Assembly: GCA_030446685.1 (NCBI GenBank)
Contig: JAUJMV010000002.1
Span: forward strand, 140,878 to 204,877
From: Thermomicrobiales bacterium
GTDB lineage: Bacteria; Chloroflexota; Chloroflexia; Thermomicrobiales; CADCWN01
Reading direction: 5' to 3'
DNA: 64,000 nt
The number at the start of each line of letters is the position of its first letter. The stretch's first letter is position 1. Made by a program: the position numbers and the translations under genes. Shown one piece after another: positions 36,426 to 45,455 of this stretch. A model generated the notes under the pieces. It did no database searches. It saw nothing but the letters and a program-made list of their open reading frames with translations, and had not been told where the DNA came from.

Positions 36426-36887
36426 TTGGCCGAAACACAGGACCGGACGATCGGCGCCGCCGCGGCCATCGCCGCCTTCGGCGAGCGGGTCGTCGCCAAC
36501 GTCGAGCGCGTGATCGTCGGCAAGCGGGCGGTGATCGAGCAGTGCCTGGTGGCGCTCCTCTGCGAGGGGCACATCCTGCTCGAGGACGTGCCGGGGGTGG
36601 GCAAGACGACGCTGGCGCGGGCGCTGGCGCGCTCGCTCGGCGGCGAGTTCCGCCGCATCCAGTTCACGCCCGACCTGCTCCCCTCCGACATCAGCGGCAT
36701 CACCTACTTCAACCAGCGCCAGGGCGAGTTCGCGTTCCGCCCCGGCCCGATCTTCGCCTCGGTCGTCCTGGCCGACGAGATCAACCGCGCCACCCCGCGC
36801 ACCCAGAGCGCCCTGCTGGAGGCGATGGAGGAGCGCCAGTTGCTGGAGGCGATCGTCGCCGATGTGCCGGTGCCAGTCGAGGAGTGA
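36426..36887 (+). pseudogene. MoxR-type AAA+ ATPase, N-terminal half only (153 aa)
   Basis: Walker [14 protein letters not shown] and Walker [13 protein letters not shown]. The ORF stops just after LLEAMEERQ. No continuation in any frame before the next gene. Confidence 0.7.
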
Positions 36888-36889
36888 CG

Positions 36890-36976
36890 CCGGGTGGACC
36901 GGTAGTCCGGGTAGAGGATGAAGGCTCGCGATAAGGTGGGGGATTGCTCGCGTCCACTACCCGCCTACCCGACTGG
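36890..36976. repeat. weak heptamer/octamer inverted array, CGGGTAG-like units
   Basis: cgggtggaccggtagtccgggtagagg versus ccactacccgcctacccgactgg, between the MoxR stop and the DUF58 start. Confidence 0.4.
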
Positions 36977-36983
36977 AACGGCC

Positions 36984-38252
36984 ATGTTCTTCAACAGATT
37001 CTGGCTCGCCGCCATCGCCGCGCTGCTGGTGTTCGGGATGGTCGCCGGGCAGCCGGCGCTGGCGCTGGTCGCCCTGCTGGTGCTGCTGACCGTCGGCGGG
37101 GCGCGGCTGTGGAGCCGCTACGCCCTGCGCGCGGTCGCCTACGAGCGGCGCCTGGGCGCGACGCGCCTCTTCCGCGGCGAGACGCTGGTCGTGGAGTTCG
37201 AGCTGGTCAACTGGAAGCTCCTGCCGTTGGCCTGGATCAGGATCGAGGAGGAGGTGCCGGACCGGGTGCAACCGGTCGGCCGGCGTCCCACGCTGGGCGA
37301 TGCGGCCGGCGCCATCACCCTGCCGCACCTGACCTCGCTGCGCCCCTACGAGCGCGTAACCTGGCGGGCGGCGCTGCACTGCCCCGAGCGCGGCGCCTTT
37401 GCGGTCGGCCCGACCCGGCTGACCTCGGGCGACCCCTTCGGCTTCCGCACGCGCGGCGGGTATGCCGCGCACCGGGACCCCTTCATCGTCTACCCGCGCG
37501 TCGTGCCGCTGCCGGATCTCGGCATCCCGCCGCGCCAGCTCTTCGGCGAGAGGCGCGTGCCGCGCGCCCTGCTGGCCGACCCGCTGCGCCCGGTCGGCAT
37601 CCGCGACTACCGCCCGGAGGACTCGCTGCGCCACGTCCACTGGAAGGCGACCGCGCGGACCCAGCAGCTCCAGGTGCGCGTCTTCGAGCCGGCGACGGTG
37701 ACCCAGCTCGCGATCTTCCTCGACCTCGACGCGGGCGGGCAGCCCTGGCGGGGGCTGGAGCCGGCGGCGTTCGAGGCGGCGATCGAGGTGGCGGCCTCGC
37801 TGGCGGCGCACGCCGCTGGGGAAGGCTACGCGTTCGGCCTCTACTCCAACCGCTTCATGACCGGCGCGCAGGGGCCGCTACGCGTGCCGCCCGGCCGGGG
37901 GGCGGCGCAACTGGGCCGCGCGCTGGAGAGCCTGGCGCGGCTCTCCCCCTTCGCCACGGTCGACTTCCCCCGCCACCTGCGCCAGGAGACGCGCGACCTC
38001 CCGCGGGGCGGCACGATTGTCGTCGTCACCGCCACGCTGCCGCCGGCGCTGGCGGTGGCGCTGGAGGCGCTGCGCGCGGCGGGGCATCGCCTCGTCCTCG
38101 TCGCCACCGCGCCGGTCGTGCCGCCGCCGGTGCGCGGGCTGATCGTCCACCAGCTCGCGCCCCCCTCGGGTGGCCCGCCGGGGGCGGGCGAGGCGCCGCC
38201 GGATCGGCTGGCGGTCGCGGACGACGCGCGCCCGGTGGGGGGGCGGCGATGA
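36984..38252 (+). CDS. DUF58 domain protein (vWA-like), copy 1
   Basis: MFFNRFWLAAIAALLVFG... and VGIRDYRPEDSLRHVHWKATART. Confidence 0.8.
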   Translation: MFFNRFWLAAIAALLVFGMVAGQPALALVALLVLLTVGGARLWSRYALRAVAYERRLGATRLFRGETLVVEFELVNWKLLPLAWIRIEEEVPDRVQPVGRRPTLGDAAGAITLPHLTSLRPYERVTWRAALHCPERGAFAVGPTRLTSGDPFGFRTRGGYAAHRDPFIVYPRVVPLPDLGIPPRQLFGERRVPRALLADPLRPVGIRDYRPEDSLRHVHWKATARTQQLQVRVFEPATVTQLAIFLDLDAGGQPWRGLEPAAFEAAIEVAASLAAHAAGEGYAFGLYSNRFMTGAQGPLRVPPGRGAAQLGRALESLARLSPFATVDFPRHLRQETRDLPRGGTIVVVTATLPPALAVALEALRAAGHRLVLVATAPVVPPPVRGLIVHQLAPPSGGPPGAGEAPPDRLAVADDARPVGGRR

Positions 38253-39817
38253 GCGGTGGTCGGCAGTCGGCGGTCGTGGCGGCGGCTTCGCGCGGGCGGC
38301 TCGCGCGCCTCGTCGGGGGGCGGGACTGGAGCCGGGGGGCGCTGTCCGCCCTGCTGCTCGGCGCGGAGACCGCCGCGCTCTACCTCGTCACCGCGGCCGC
38401 GTTCAACCTGGCCGGGGCCGGGGGCGGGGGCGTGGCGCCACCGCTCCTCCTGGGCCTGCTGGCGCTCGGCGCGCTCGCGCAGCGGGGGCTCGGCGGCGAC
38501 CGGCTGCGCGGCCCCCGCTACGGGCTCGCGGCGGGTGGGGCCCTGACCGTGCTGCTGCTCGGCGCGCTGCGCGTCGTCGCCTTCCCGCACTACCCGCCGG
38601 GGGACGGCGGCTGGCTGCGGCAGGCGTTCCGCGGCGCGATCCTGCTGCCGACGACGGCCGTGCGCCCGGTCTGGGGGGTGGCGCTGCTGGTGGCCTACGC
38701 CTGGTGGCGCGGGCGCACCCGCGAGGCGCCGGGCCCGGGGACGGCCGAGCGGATGCTGCATGCCGGCGTGGTCGTCGTCATCGCCGCCCTCGTCGTCGCG
38801 ATGAGCGTCCCGCCCTTCCGGGCGGCGGTGGGGCCGGAACGGGGGGGCGCCGCCCCCGCCGCGCCGCCGCCCGCGCTCTACGCGGCGACGGTCGCCTTCC
38901 TCGGGTGCGCGCTGGCGGCGTTGGCCCTGGCGCGGCTGCGGCAGGAGCGGGCGCAGGGGGCGCTGACCCTCAACCGCCGCTGGCTGGCGACCTTCCTGGG
39001 GCCGGTCGCCGCGCTGCTGGTGGTGGGGGTGCTGCTGTCCGGCCTGGCGACCGGGCAGTTGCTGGAGGTCCTCTCCTGGCTGCTGACGCCGCTCTTCCTG
39101 GCGATCGAACTCCTGCGCCTCGCGCTGCTGGGCCTGCTGGCCGGCTTCGCCTGGCTCTGGACCACGATCCAGGGGTGGTTCGACGCCGGGCCGGGGACGG
39201 TGAGCGGGCTGCTGCCGACGCCGGCGGCGACCGCGGAGGTCCCGCGCGCGATGCCGACCCCGGAGGCCGATGCCGCCGCGCCGCCCGCCGCCCTCCCCGA
39301 CCTGTCGCGCTACCTGGGCGCGGGGGCGCTGCTGGCGGCGGTCGCGGTGATTCTGCTCCAGCTCCTCCGGCGCGGCGGGGCGCCGGTGGTGGACCCGGAG
39401 GGGGAGAGGCGCGAGTCGGTCTTCCGCTGGCGCCTGCTCGGGGCGGCGCTGGCGCGGCCCTTTCGGCGCCCCCGGCGACGGGGCCGCGCCGACCCGCTGG
39501 CGGGGCTGCGCGGCGACCCGCGCTGGCGGCACACGCTCGCCATTCGCGAGACTTACCGCCGGCTGCTGCGGCGCGGGGCGGCGGCGGAGGCGCCGCGCGC
39601 CCCCGCCCAGACGCCGGACGAGTACGCGCCCACCCTGGCCCGGCGCTTCGACGCGGCGGGCGACGCCGTCGCCGCGATCACCGCGCGCTACGACGCCGCG
39701 CGGTATAGTGACCGGCCGGCGACCGCCGAGGACGCCGCCGCCGTCCGCGCCGCCTGGGAGGGGTTCGACCGCGCCCGCCGCCCGACCGAACGCCGCCGAC
39801 ACCCTACTGACGACTGA
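38249..39817 (+). CDS. polytopic membrane protein with a C-terminal DUF4129-like domain, copy 1
   Basis: ATGA overlap with DUF58. Multiple TM helices. C-terminus WRHTLAIRETYRRLLRR...QTPDEYAP...ARYDAARYSDRPATAEDAAAVRAAWEGF. No transglutaminase Cys motif seen. Confidence 0.7.
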   Translation: MSGGRQSAVVAAASRGRLARLVGGRDWSRGALSALLLGAETAALYLVTAAAFNLAGAGGGGVAPPLLLGLLALGALAQRGLGGDRLRGPRYGLAAGGALTVLLLGALRVVAFPHYPPGDGGWLRQAFRGAILLPTTAVRPVWGVALLVAYAWWRGRTREAPGPGTAERMLHAGVVVVIAALVVAMSVPPFRAAVGPERGGAAPAAPPPALYAATVAFLGCALAALALARLRQERAQGALTLNRRWLATFLGPVAALLVVGVLLSGLATGQLLEVLSWLLTPLFLAIELLRLALLGLLAGFAWLWTTIQGWFDAGPGTVSGLLPTPAATAEVPRAMPTPEADAAAPPAALPDLSRYLGAGALLAAVAVILLQLLRRGGAPVVDPEGERRESVFRWRLLGAALARPFRRPRRRGRADPLAGLRGDPRWRHTLAIRETYRRLLRRGAAAEAPRAPAQTPDEYAPTLARRFDAAGDAVAAITARYDAARYSDRPATAEDAAAVRAAWEGFDRARRPTERRRHPTDD

Positions 39818-39827
39818 CGACTGGACA
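39807..39827. repeat. single heptamer array, unit CTGACGA
   Basis: ctgacga ctgacga ctggaca, immediately upstream of the DUF58 copy 2 start. Positionally homologous to the right arm at 36954-36976. Confidence 0.5.
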
Positions 39828-39831
39828 GGCG

Positions 39832-41122
39832 ATGTTCTTCAACGGCCTCTGGATCTACGGCTCGCTGCTGCTGCTGATCGTCGGGATGGCCGCGCGCCAG
39901 CCCGCGCTGAACCGTCCTCGCCACGTTGGTGCTGCTGACGGCGGGGATCTCCTGGCTCTGGAACCGCTACGCGCTGCGCGCCGTCACCTACCGCCGGCGG
40001 CTGAGCGCGACGCGCCTCTTCCGGGGTGAGGCGCTGGAACTTGAATTGGAGCTGGTCAACAAGAAGCTGCTGCCCCTCGCCTGGATCGAGGCGGCCGACG
40101 ACCTGCCGGAGCGCGTCGTCGCGCTCGACCGGCCGGTCGCGCCGGGCGGATCGCCGGGGCGGATCGTCCTGCCCTACCTGACCTCGCTGCGCCCCTACGA
40201 GCGCGTCACCTGGCGGACGACGCTGCGCTGCCCGCACCGCGGCCACTTCGCGATCGGCCCGGCCCGGCTGGCGTCGGGCGACATCTTCGGCTTCTACCGG
40301 AGCGAGGCGCGGGTCGAGGGGCACGACGCGATCCTGGTCTACCCGCGCGTCGTGCCGCTGCTCGACCTCGGGATCCCGCCGCGCCAGGCCTTCGGCGAGA
40401 CGCGGGCGCCCCGCGCGCTGCTGGTCGACCCGCTGCGCCCGGTCGGCATCCGCGACTACCGCCCGGAGGACTCGCAGCGCGACATCCACTGGAAGGCGAC
40501 CGCGCGGACCCAGCAGCTCCAGGTGCGCGTCTTCGAGCCGACGACCGTGACCCAGCTCGCCATCTTCCTCGACCTCGACTCGGATGAGCAGTTCTGGCGG
40601 GCGATCGAGACCGACCGCCTCGAGGCGGCGATCTCCGTCGCGGCCTCGCTGGCCGCGTTCGCCGTCGAGCAGCGCCACGCGGTCGGGGTCTACTCCAACC
40701 GCTTCGTCGGCGGGGCCGGGCGGCCGCTGCGGGTCGCGCCGGGCGGCGGGCCGGCCCAACTGACGAAGGTCCTCGAGAGCCTCGCCAAGCTCTCGCCCTT
40801 CGGCGCGGTCGAGTTCGCCCGGCACCTGCGCCAGGAGACGCGCAACTTCCCCTGGGGCAGCACGATCGTCGTCATCACCGCGACCATGCCGCCCGCGCTC
40901 GCCGCCACCCTGGAGACGCTGCGCGCCGAGGGGCAGCGGGTCGTCCTGGTCGCGGTCGACGCGATTGTCGCGCCGCCGGTCCGCGGCCTGACCGTGCATC
41001 GCCTGCCGGAGGCGCTGATCGCCACCCTCGGCGCGGGGAACGAGGTGCGCGTGTCGAACTCCTGGTGGCGGCTGCCGGAGGAGGCGGCGGAGGAGGTGAC
41101 GGCGGGGGGCGGTGGGGGGTGA
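39832..41122 (+). CDS. DUF58 domain protein, copy 2, one apparent frameshift near 39912
   Basis: MFFNGLWIYGSLLLLIVGMAARQPAL (ORF 39832..40029) joins LVLLTAGISWLWNRYALRAV... (ORF 39926..41122). VGIRDYRPEDSQRDIHWKATART is present. Confidence 0.8.
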
Positions 41123-41126
41123 GGTA

Positions 41127-41719
41127 GGGGGGCTGGCGACTGAAGTCGCGCCTATCGGCGACTGCGGTCGCCACGAAGCACCCTGCGGGGCATGAATCCG
41201 CCTCCGCGGACTGAGAACGTTATGGTGGGAGGGGAAGTGCGGCGGAATCAGTTGGCAGTGTACATCCATCTCGTGTGGGGCACCTGGGACCGGCTGCCGT
41301 TGTTGACAGAGGCTATCGAGGCGCAGGTCCACCGCGCCATCGGCGCGAAGGCGACGGACCTGGGCGCCGCGATGGTCGCGATCGGTGGCATGCCGGATCA
41401 CGTCCACCTACTCGTTCGGCTGCCAACTACCCTGTCCATCGCCGAACTGGTCCAGGGTGCGAAGGGTGCCTCGGCCCACCTCGTCACGCACCAGCTTGCC
41501 CCCGGCGAGTTCTTCAAGTGGCAGGGAGCCTACGGCGCGTTCTCCGTCAGCCCGCGCCACCGTGTCCTGGTTAGCGACTACATTGCTCGCCAGTGCGAGC
41601 ACCACGCTGCTAATTCCACAATCGTCCGCTGGGAGGAGCGTATCTTCCACCTGCCCCAGTCCGCGGAGGCGGACTTCGTGGCCGCAAGCCGATAGGCGCG
41701 ACTTTAGTCGCCAGCCCCC
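41127..41719. mobile_element. IS200-like Y1 transposase (REP-associated type) flanked by inverted REP-like repeats
   Basis: Left 41127-41215 (ggggggctggcgactgaagtcgcgcctatcgg...ccgcctccgcggactgag) is the reverse complement of right 41654-41719 (ccccagtccgcggaggcgg...ccgataggcgcgactttagtcgccagccccc). Confidence 0.8.
41222..41695 (+). CDS. IS200/IS605-family Y1 (HUH) transposase-like protein
   Basis: YIHLVWGTWDRLPLL, HUH motif PDHVHLLV, WQGAYGAFSVS (catalytic Tyr region) and YIARQCEHH. The last ~15 codons run into the right REP. Confidence 0.8.
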   Translation: MVGGEVRRNQLAVYIHLVWGTWDRLPLLTEAIEAQVHRAIGAKATDLGAAMVAIGGMPDHVHLLVRLPTTLSIAELVQGAKGASAHLVTHQLAPGEFFKWQGAYGAFSVSPRHRVLVSDYIARQCEHHAANSTIVRWEERIFHLPQSAEADFVAASR

Positions 41720-41724
41720 TATCC

Positions 41725-43242
41725 ATGGGTAAGCAGATGACCATCACCACCCCACCGCCCCCACCCCCGCCCACCACCGCGCAACAGGCGCGGCCCGCGC
41801 GCCACGCGCCGCGCGGCGACTGGAGCTACGAGCTGCTGCTGGCGCTGCTGATCGCGGCGGAGACCTGCGTCCTCTACCTGGCGACCGAGGCGCTCTTCAG
41901 CACGGGGCGGGGCGCCGACGGCGGCGTGGCGCCGCCGATTCTCTTCGCGCTCCTCTTCCTCGGGACGAACATCCAGCGGGCGATGGAGGCGTACCACCTG
42001 TGGAGCCCCGGCTACGAGATCGTCGCGGCGGTCGCGCTGGCGGCGATCTTCCTCGCGGCGGTGCGCCTGATCGCCTTCCCGCACTACGGGCTGACCGACC
42101 CCGGCTGGCTGCGGGAGGCGGCGCGCGGCTTCATCCTGCGCCCGACCGGGGCGACCCGCCCGGTCTGGGGGGTGACCCTGATCGTCGCCTACGCCTGGTG
42201 GCGCGGGCGCACCCGCGACGAGCCGTGGATCGAGGCGACCTACCGCACGCTGCGCGTCGGCACGGTCGCCTGCGCCGTCTTCCTGTCCCTGGCGATCGTG
42301 ATCATCCCGCTCGGGGGCCGGCCGCTGCCGGGCGCGCTCTACGGGGCGACGGTGGCCTTCCTCGGCTGCACGCTGGCGGCGATCGCGCTGGCGCGGCTGC
42401 GGATCGAGCAGGCGCGCGGCACACTGACGCTGACGCCGCGCTGGCTGACGACCTTCTTCGGCCCGATCGTCGCCCTGCTGCTGGTCGGCGGGGTCCTGGC
42501 CGGGGCGTTCACCCGCCGCTTCCTCGACACGGTCCTTTGGCTGCTGGGGCCGCTCTTCGCCGTCGCCCAGTTCATCCTCCTGATCCTCGTCTACATCGCC
42601 ACCGGGATCGCCTGGGTCGTCTTCACGGCCGCCACCTGGCTCGCCTCCCTCTTCCCGCGCGGGGCGGCCACGCCGACGTCGCCACCGACCGCGGCCCTGG
42701 CGACGCCGTCGCCGCGCGCGCTCGAAGGCGCGCGCGCCGTCGAGACGCCCGACTCCCTGCGCTACCTGATCGTCCTGGCGATCCTGGCCCTGCTCGGCTG
42801 GGTCCTGACCCGCTACCTCTACCGGCGTCGGCGGCGCCGCGCCCTCCCGGCGGGCGAGTCGCGCGAGTCGATCTTCAGTTGGGACCTGCTCGGCGAGGGG
42901 CTGGCCGGGATGCTGCGGCGGGCGGGCGGCCGCTTCCGCCGCCCGCCCGACCCGCTGGCGGGGCTGCGCGGCGACCCGCGCTGGCGGCACACGCTCGCCA
43001 TTCGCGAGACCTACCGGCGGCTGCTGCGGCGCGGCGCGGCGGCGGAGGCGCCGCGCGCCCCCGCGCAGACCCCGGACGAGTACGCGCCGGCGGTCTCCGA
43101 ACGCGTCGCCGGACCCGGCGGCGCCCCGGCCGTGGGCGCCCTCACCGCGCGCTACGACGACGCGCGCTACAGCGACCGGCCGGCGACCGCCGAGGATGCC
43201 GCCGCCGCGCGCGCCGCCTGGGAGGCGCTCGGGAAGGACTGA
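41725..43242 (+). CDS. polytopic membrane protein with a C-terminal DUF4129-like domain, copy 2
   Basis: Paralog of 38249-39817. The same WRHTLAIRETYRRLLRRGAAAEAPRAPAQTPDEYAP block is present at near-identical nucleotide sequence. Confidence 0.7.
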   Translation: MGKQMTITTPPPPPPPTTAQQARPARHAPRGDWSYELLLALLIAAETCVLYLATEALFSTGRGADGGVAPPILFALLFLGTNIQRAMEAYHLWSPGYEIVAAVALAAIFLAAVRLIAFPHYGLTDPGWLREAARGFILRPTGATRPVWGVTLIVAYAWWRGRTRDEPWIEATYRTLRVGTVACAVFLSLAIVIIPLGGRPLPGALYGATVAFLGCTLAAIALARLRIEQARGTLTLTPRWLTTFFGPIVALLLVGGVLAGAFTRRFLDTVLWLLGPLFAVAQFILLILVYIATGIAWVVFTAATWLASLFPRGAATPTSPPTAALATPSPRALEGARAVETPDSLRYLIVLAILALLGWVLTRYLYRRRRRRALPAGESRESIFSWDLLGEGLAGMLRRAGGRFRRPPDPLAGLRGDPRWRHTLAIRETYRRLLRRGAAAEAPRAPAQTPDEYAPAVSERVAGPGGAPAVGALTARYDDARYSDRPATAEDAAAARAAWEALGKD

Positions 43243-43275
43243 GTAACCGGGGGGTGAGGGCTGGGGGGCGGCGGC

Positions 43276-43680
43276 TCAGGCGGGGCCGATCAGGGAGCGG
43301 ACGGCGGCGAGGAGTTCGTCGATGTCGAAGGGCTTGGCCAGGAGGCAGTCGCCCCCGTAGCGCGCGGGGTCCGCCTCGACGCGTTCCAGGGAACTCTTGT
43401 TCGTGGAGAGCACGACGACCGGGATCTTGTGCGTGCGGGCCTCGCCTTGGAGGCGTTCGAGCAACTCCCAGCCGGCCTGCTCGCCGTAAGCCAGGTCGAT
43501 CAGCAGGATCGAGGGCCGCAGGGCGACGATCTGCTCGAAGGTCTGCGGGACGAAGTTGGTGGTGGTGACGTTGTAGTCGTGACTCTGGAAGAGCATGCGG
43601 AAGATGTCCAGCAGATCGGGCGAGCCGTTGACGGCGAAGATGTGCCGACGCTCCATCCGCGACTGTTCGGTGTCGGTCAT
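43276..43680 (-). CDS. single-domain CheY-like receiver, atypical acidic pocket
   Basis: ILLIDL (Asp), VVLST and LAKPF are present, but the N-terminal DD pair is replaced by NG in IFAVNGSPD. Confidence 0.7.
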   Translation of the reverse strand: MTDTEQSRMERRHIFAVNGSPDLLDIFRMLFQSHDYNVTTTNFVPQTFEQIVALRPSILLIDLAYGEQAGWELLERLQGEARTHKIPVVVLSTNKSSLERVEADPARYGGDCLLAKPFDIDELLAAVRSLIGPA

Positions 43681-43862
43681 GCTTCCCTCTCCCTCCTTGT
43701 GGGCGGCGGGGGCATCGCGCGATCGGGGAATGCACGGAGTGTGGCGCCGACGCGCCCGGCGGCTGACGTCTCGCGCGCTTCCGCCGGGTGCAGTGCCCGG
43801 CACTGTACCCGACGACCACCGTGAGGGCAAGTAGCCAGTGGCGGCGCCGGCTCAGCGCGAAG

Positions 43863-43900
43863 CTCCCTGCCTGCCGGATCGCGACCCGGCAGGCAGGGAG
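43863..43900. terminator. perfect 15-bp hairpin downstream of the M16 peptidase gene
   Basis: ctccctgcctgccgg-atcgcgac-ccggcaggcagggag. No U-tract. Confidence 0.4.
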
Positions 43901-44076
43901 CAGAGGCTTCGGTGGCGATGGCTGCGGTAGGGGGCCTGCCCCTACCACAACCAACCGATTGCCCGTTCCGGCGCCAGACGAGATCCCGGCCGATCGTTGT
44001 TGCCCCGAGCGCCGCGGGCCGGGGCGTAACGCGGCGGGGCCGCTGTCGCGTGCAAGCCGCGGTCCTCGCCTCGCGG

Positions 44077-45354
44077 CTACGCCGCGACCTCCTCCAGCAG
44101 CTTGAGGAAGCGCGCCTCGTCGTCGTAGGGGCCGACGACCGCGAGGCTGTAGCGACTGGGCGTGAAGAGGTCGCGCGCCAGGGTCTGCACGTCCTCGATC
44201 GTGACCGCGTCGATCTTCGCGACGACCTCCTCGGGCGTCGGGACCTCCCCGTAGAGGATCTCGTTCGAGGCGAGCCAGGAGGCGACGCTCTGGCTATCCT
44301 CCAGGCCCATCAGCATCCGGCCCTTGCGGAACTCCTTCGAGCGCGCCAGCTCCTCCGCCGGGACCGGCGCGTCGCGCAGCTTGTGCAGCTCCGCGACGAC
44401 CGCGCGGATCGTCTCCTCGGCCTTCCCGGGATCGACCCCGGCGTAGACGACGCCGCTGCCGACGTCGGCGAGCTGGCTGAAGTAGGAGCCGACCGAGTAG
44501 GCCAGGCCGCGGCGCTCGCGGATCTCGATGAAGAGGCGCGAGCTCATCCCGGAGCCGAGGATCACGTCGAGGGCGCGCTGGGCGTAGCGGCGCTCGTCGT
44601 GGTAGGAGACCCCCGGCATCGCCAGCATCAGGTTGGCCTGCTTGTCGTCGCGATGGACCAGGCCGGCGCGCGGGGCGGTCTGGCGCATCCGGGCCTGCTC
44701 GACCGGCTTCGTCTCGCCGTGCGCCAGGTCGCCGAAGAGCGCCTCGGCGCGGGCGACGACCTCGGCGTGCCCCACATTGCCCGCCACGCCGATCACCAGG
44801 TTGGCCGGGTTGTAGTGCCGGCCGAAGTACTCCAGCATCGCCTCGCGGCTGATGCCGCCGACCGTCTCCTCGGTCCCGGCGATCGGCCGCCCGACCGCCT
44901 GCTCCTCCCAGACCACGCGGTTGAGCAGCTCGCCGACGACGTCGGTCGGGTCGTCCTCGCTGGCGCGGATCTCCTCGATGATCACGCCGCGCTCCTTCTC
45001 CATCTCGGCCGCGTCGAAGAGGGAGTTGCGCAGCATGTCGCCGAGGACGTCGAAGGCGAGCGCGAAGTGGGTGGACGGGACCTTGGCCCAGTAGCCGGTC
45101 TGCTCGCGGCTGGTGTAGGCGTTGAGGATGCCGCCGACCCCCTCGATCTGCTCGGCGATCTGCTCGGGGTTGGGGCGGGTCGGCGTCCCCTTGAAGAGCA
45201 TGTGCTCGATGAAGTGGGAGATGCCGGCCTGGGGGTCGGGCTCGTAGCGCGAGCCGATGTTGTAGGTGAAGATGAGGCTGACCGAGCGGACGTGGGGCAT
45301 GCTGTAGCTCAGCACGCGGACGCCGTTCGGCAGGACGGTTTTCTCGCCGTACAA
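44077..45354 (-). CDS. M16 family zinc peptidase (insulinase/pitrilysin-like)
   Basis: HFIEHMLFKGT is the inverted zincin motif HxxEH. Intact at 425 aa. Confidence 0.85.
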   Translation of the reverse strand: MYGEKTVLPNGVRVLSYSMPHVRSVSLIFTYNIGSRYEPDPQAGISHFIEHMLFKGTPTRPNPEQIAEQIEGVGGILNAYTSREQTGYWAKVPSTHFALAFDVLGDMLRNSLFDAAEMEKERGVIIEEIRASEDDPTDVVGELLNRVVWEEQAVGRPIAGTEETVGGISREAMLEYFGRHYNPANLVIGVAGNVGHAEVVARAEALFGDLAHGETKPVEQARMRQTAPRAGLVHRDDKQANLMLAMPGVSYHDERRYAQRALDVILGSGMSSRLFIEIRERRGLAYSVGSYFSQLADVGSGVVYAGVDPGKAEETIRAVVAELHKLRDAPVPAEELARSKEFRKGRMLMGLEDSQSVASWLASNEILYGEVPTPEEVVAKIDAVTIEDVQTLARDLFTPSRYSLAVVGPYDDEARFLKLLEEVAA

Positions 45355-45370
45355 CGGATGCTCCTTTGTG

Positions 45371-45399
45371 GTCGGTCGTCGTCGGTCGTCAGTCGTCGG
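45371..45399. repeat. single heptamer array, units TCGTCGG/TCGTCAG
   Basis: gtcggtcgtcgtcggtcgtcagtcgtcgg, between the peptidase start and the cinA-like stop. Complementary to the array at 39807-39827. Confidence 0.5.
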
Positions 45400-45455
45400 C
45401 GGGCAGCCGATCGCGGGCGATGCTCATGCGCCGCGGGCCGCAGCCCATCAGGGAA

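Noticed and set aside
41192-41221. The upstream ATG at 41192 as the start of the Y1 transposase.
   Set aside because: That codon lies inside the left REP arm and would add MNPPPRTENV, which is repeat-derived. The ATG at 41222 gives a normal-length N-terminus before the YIHLVW strand.
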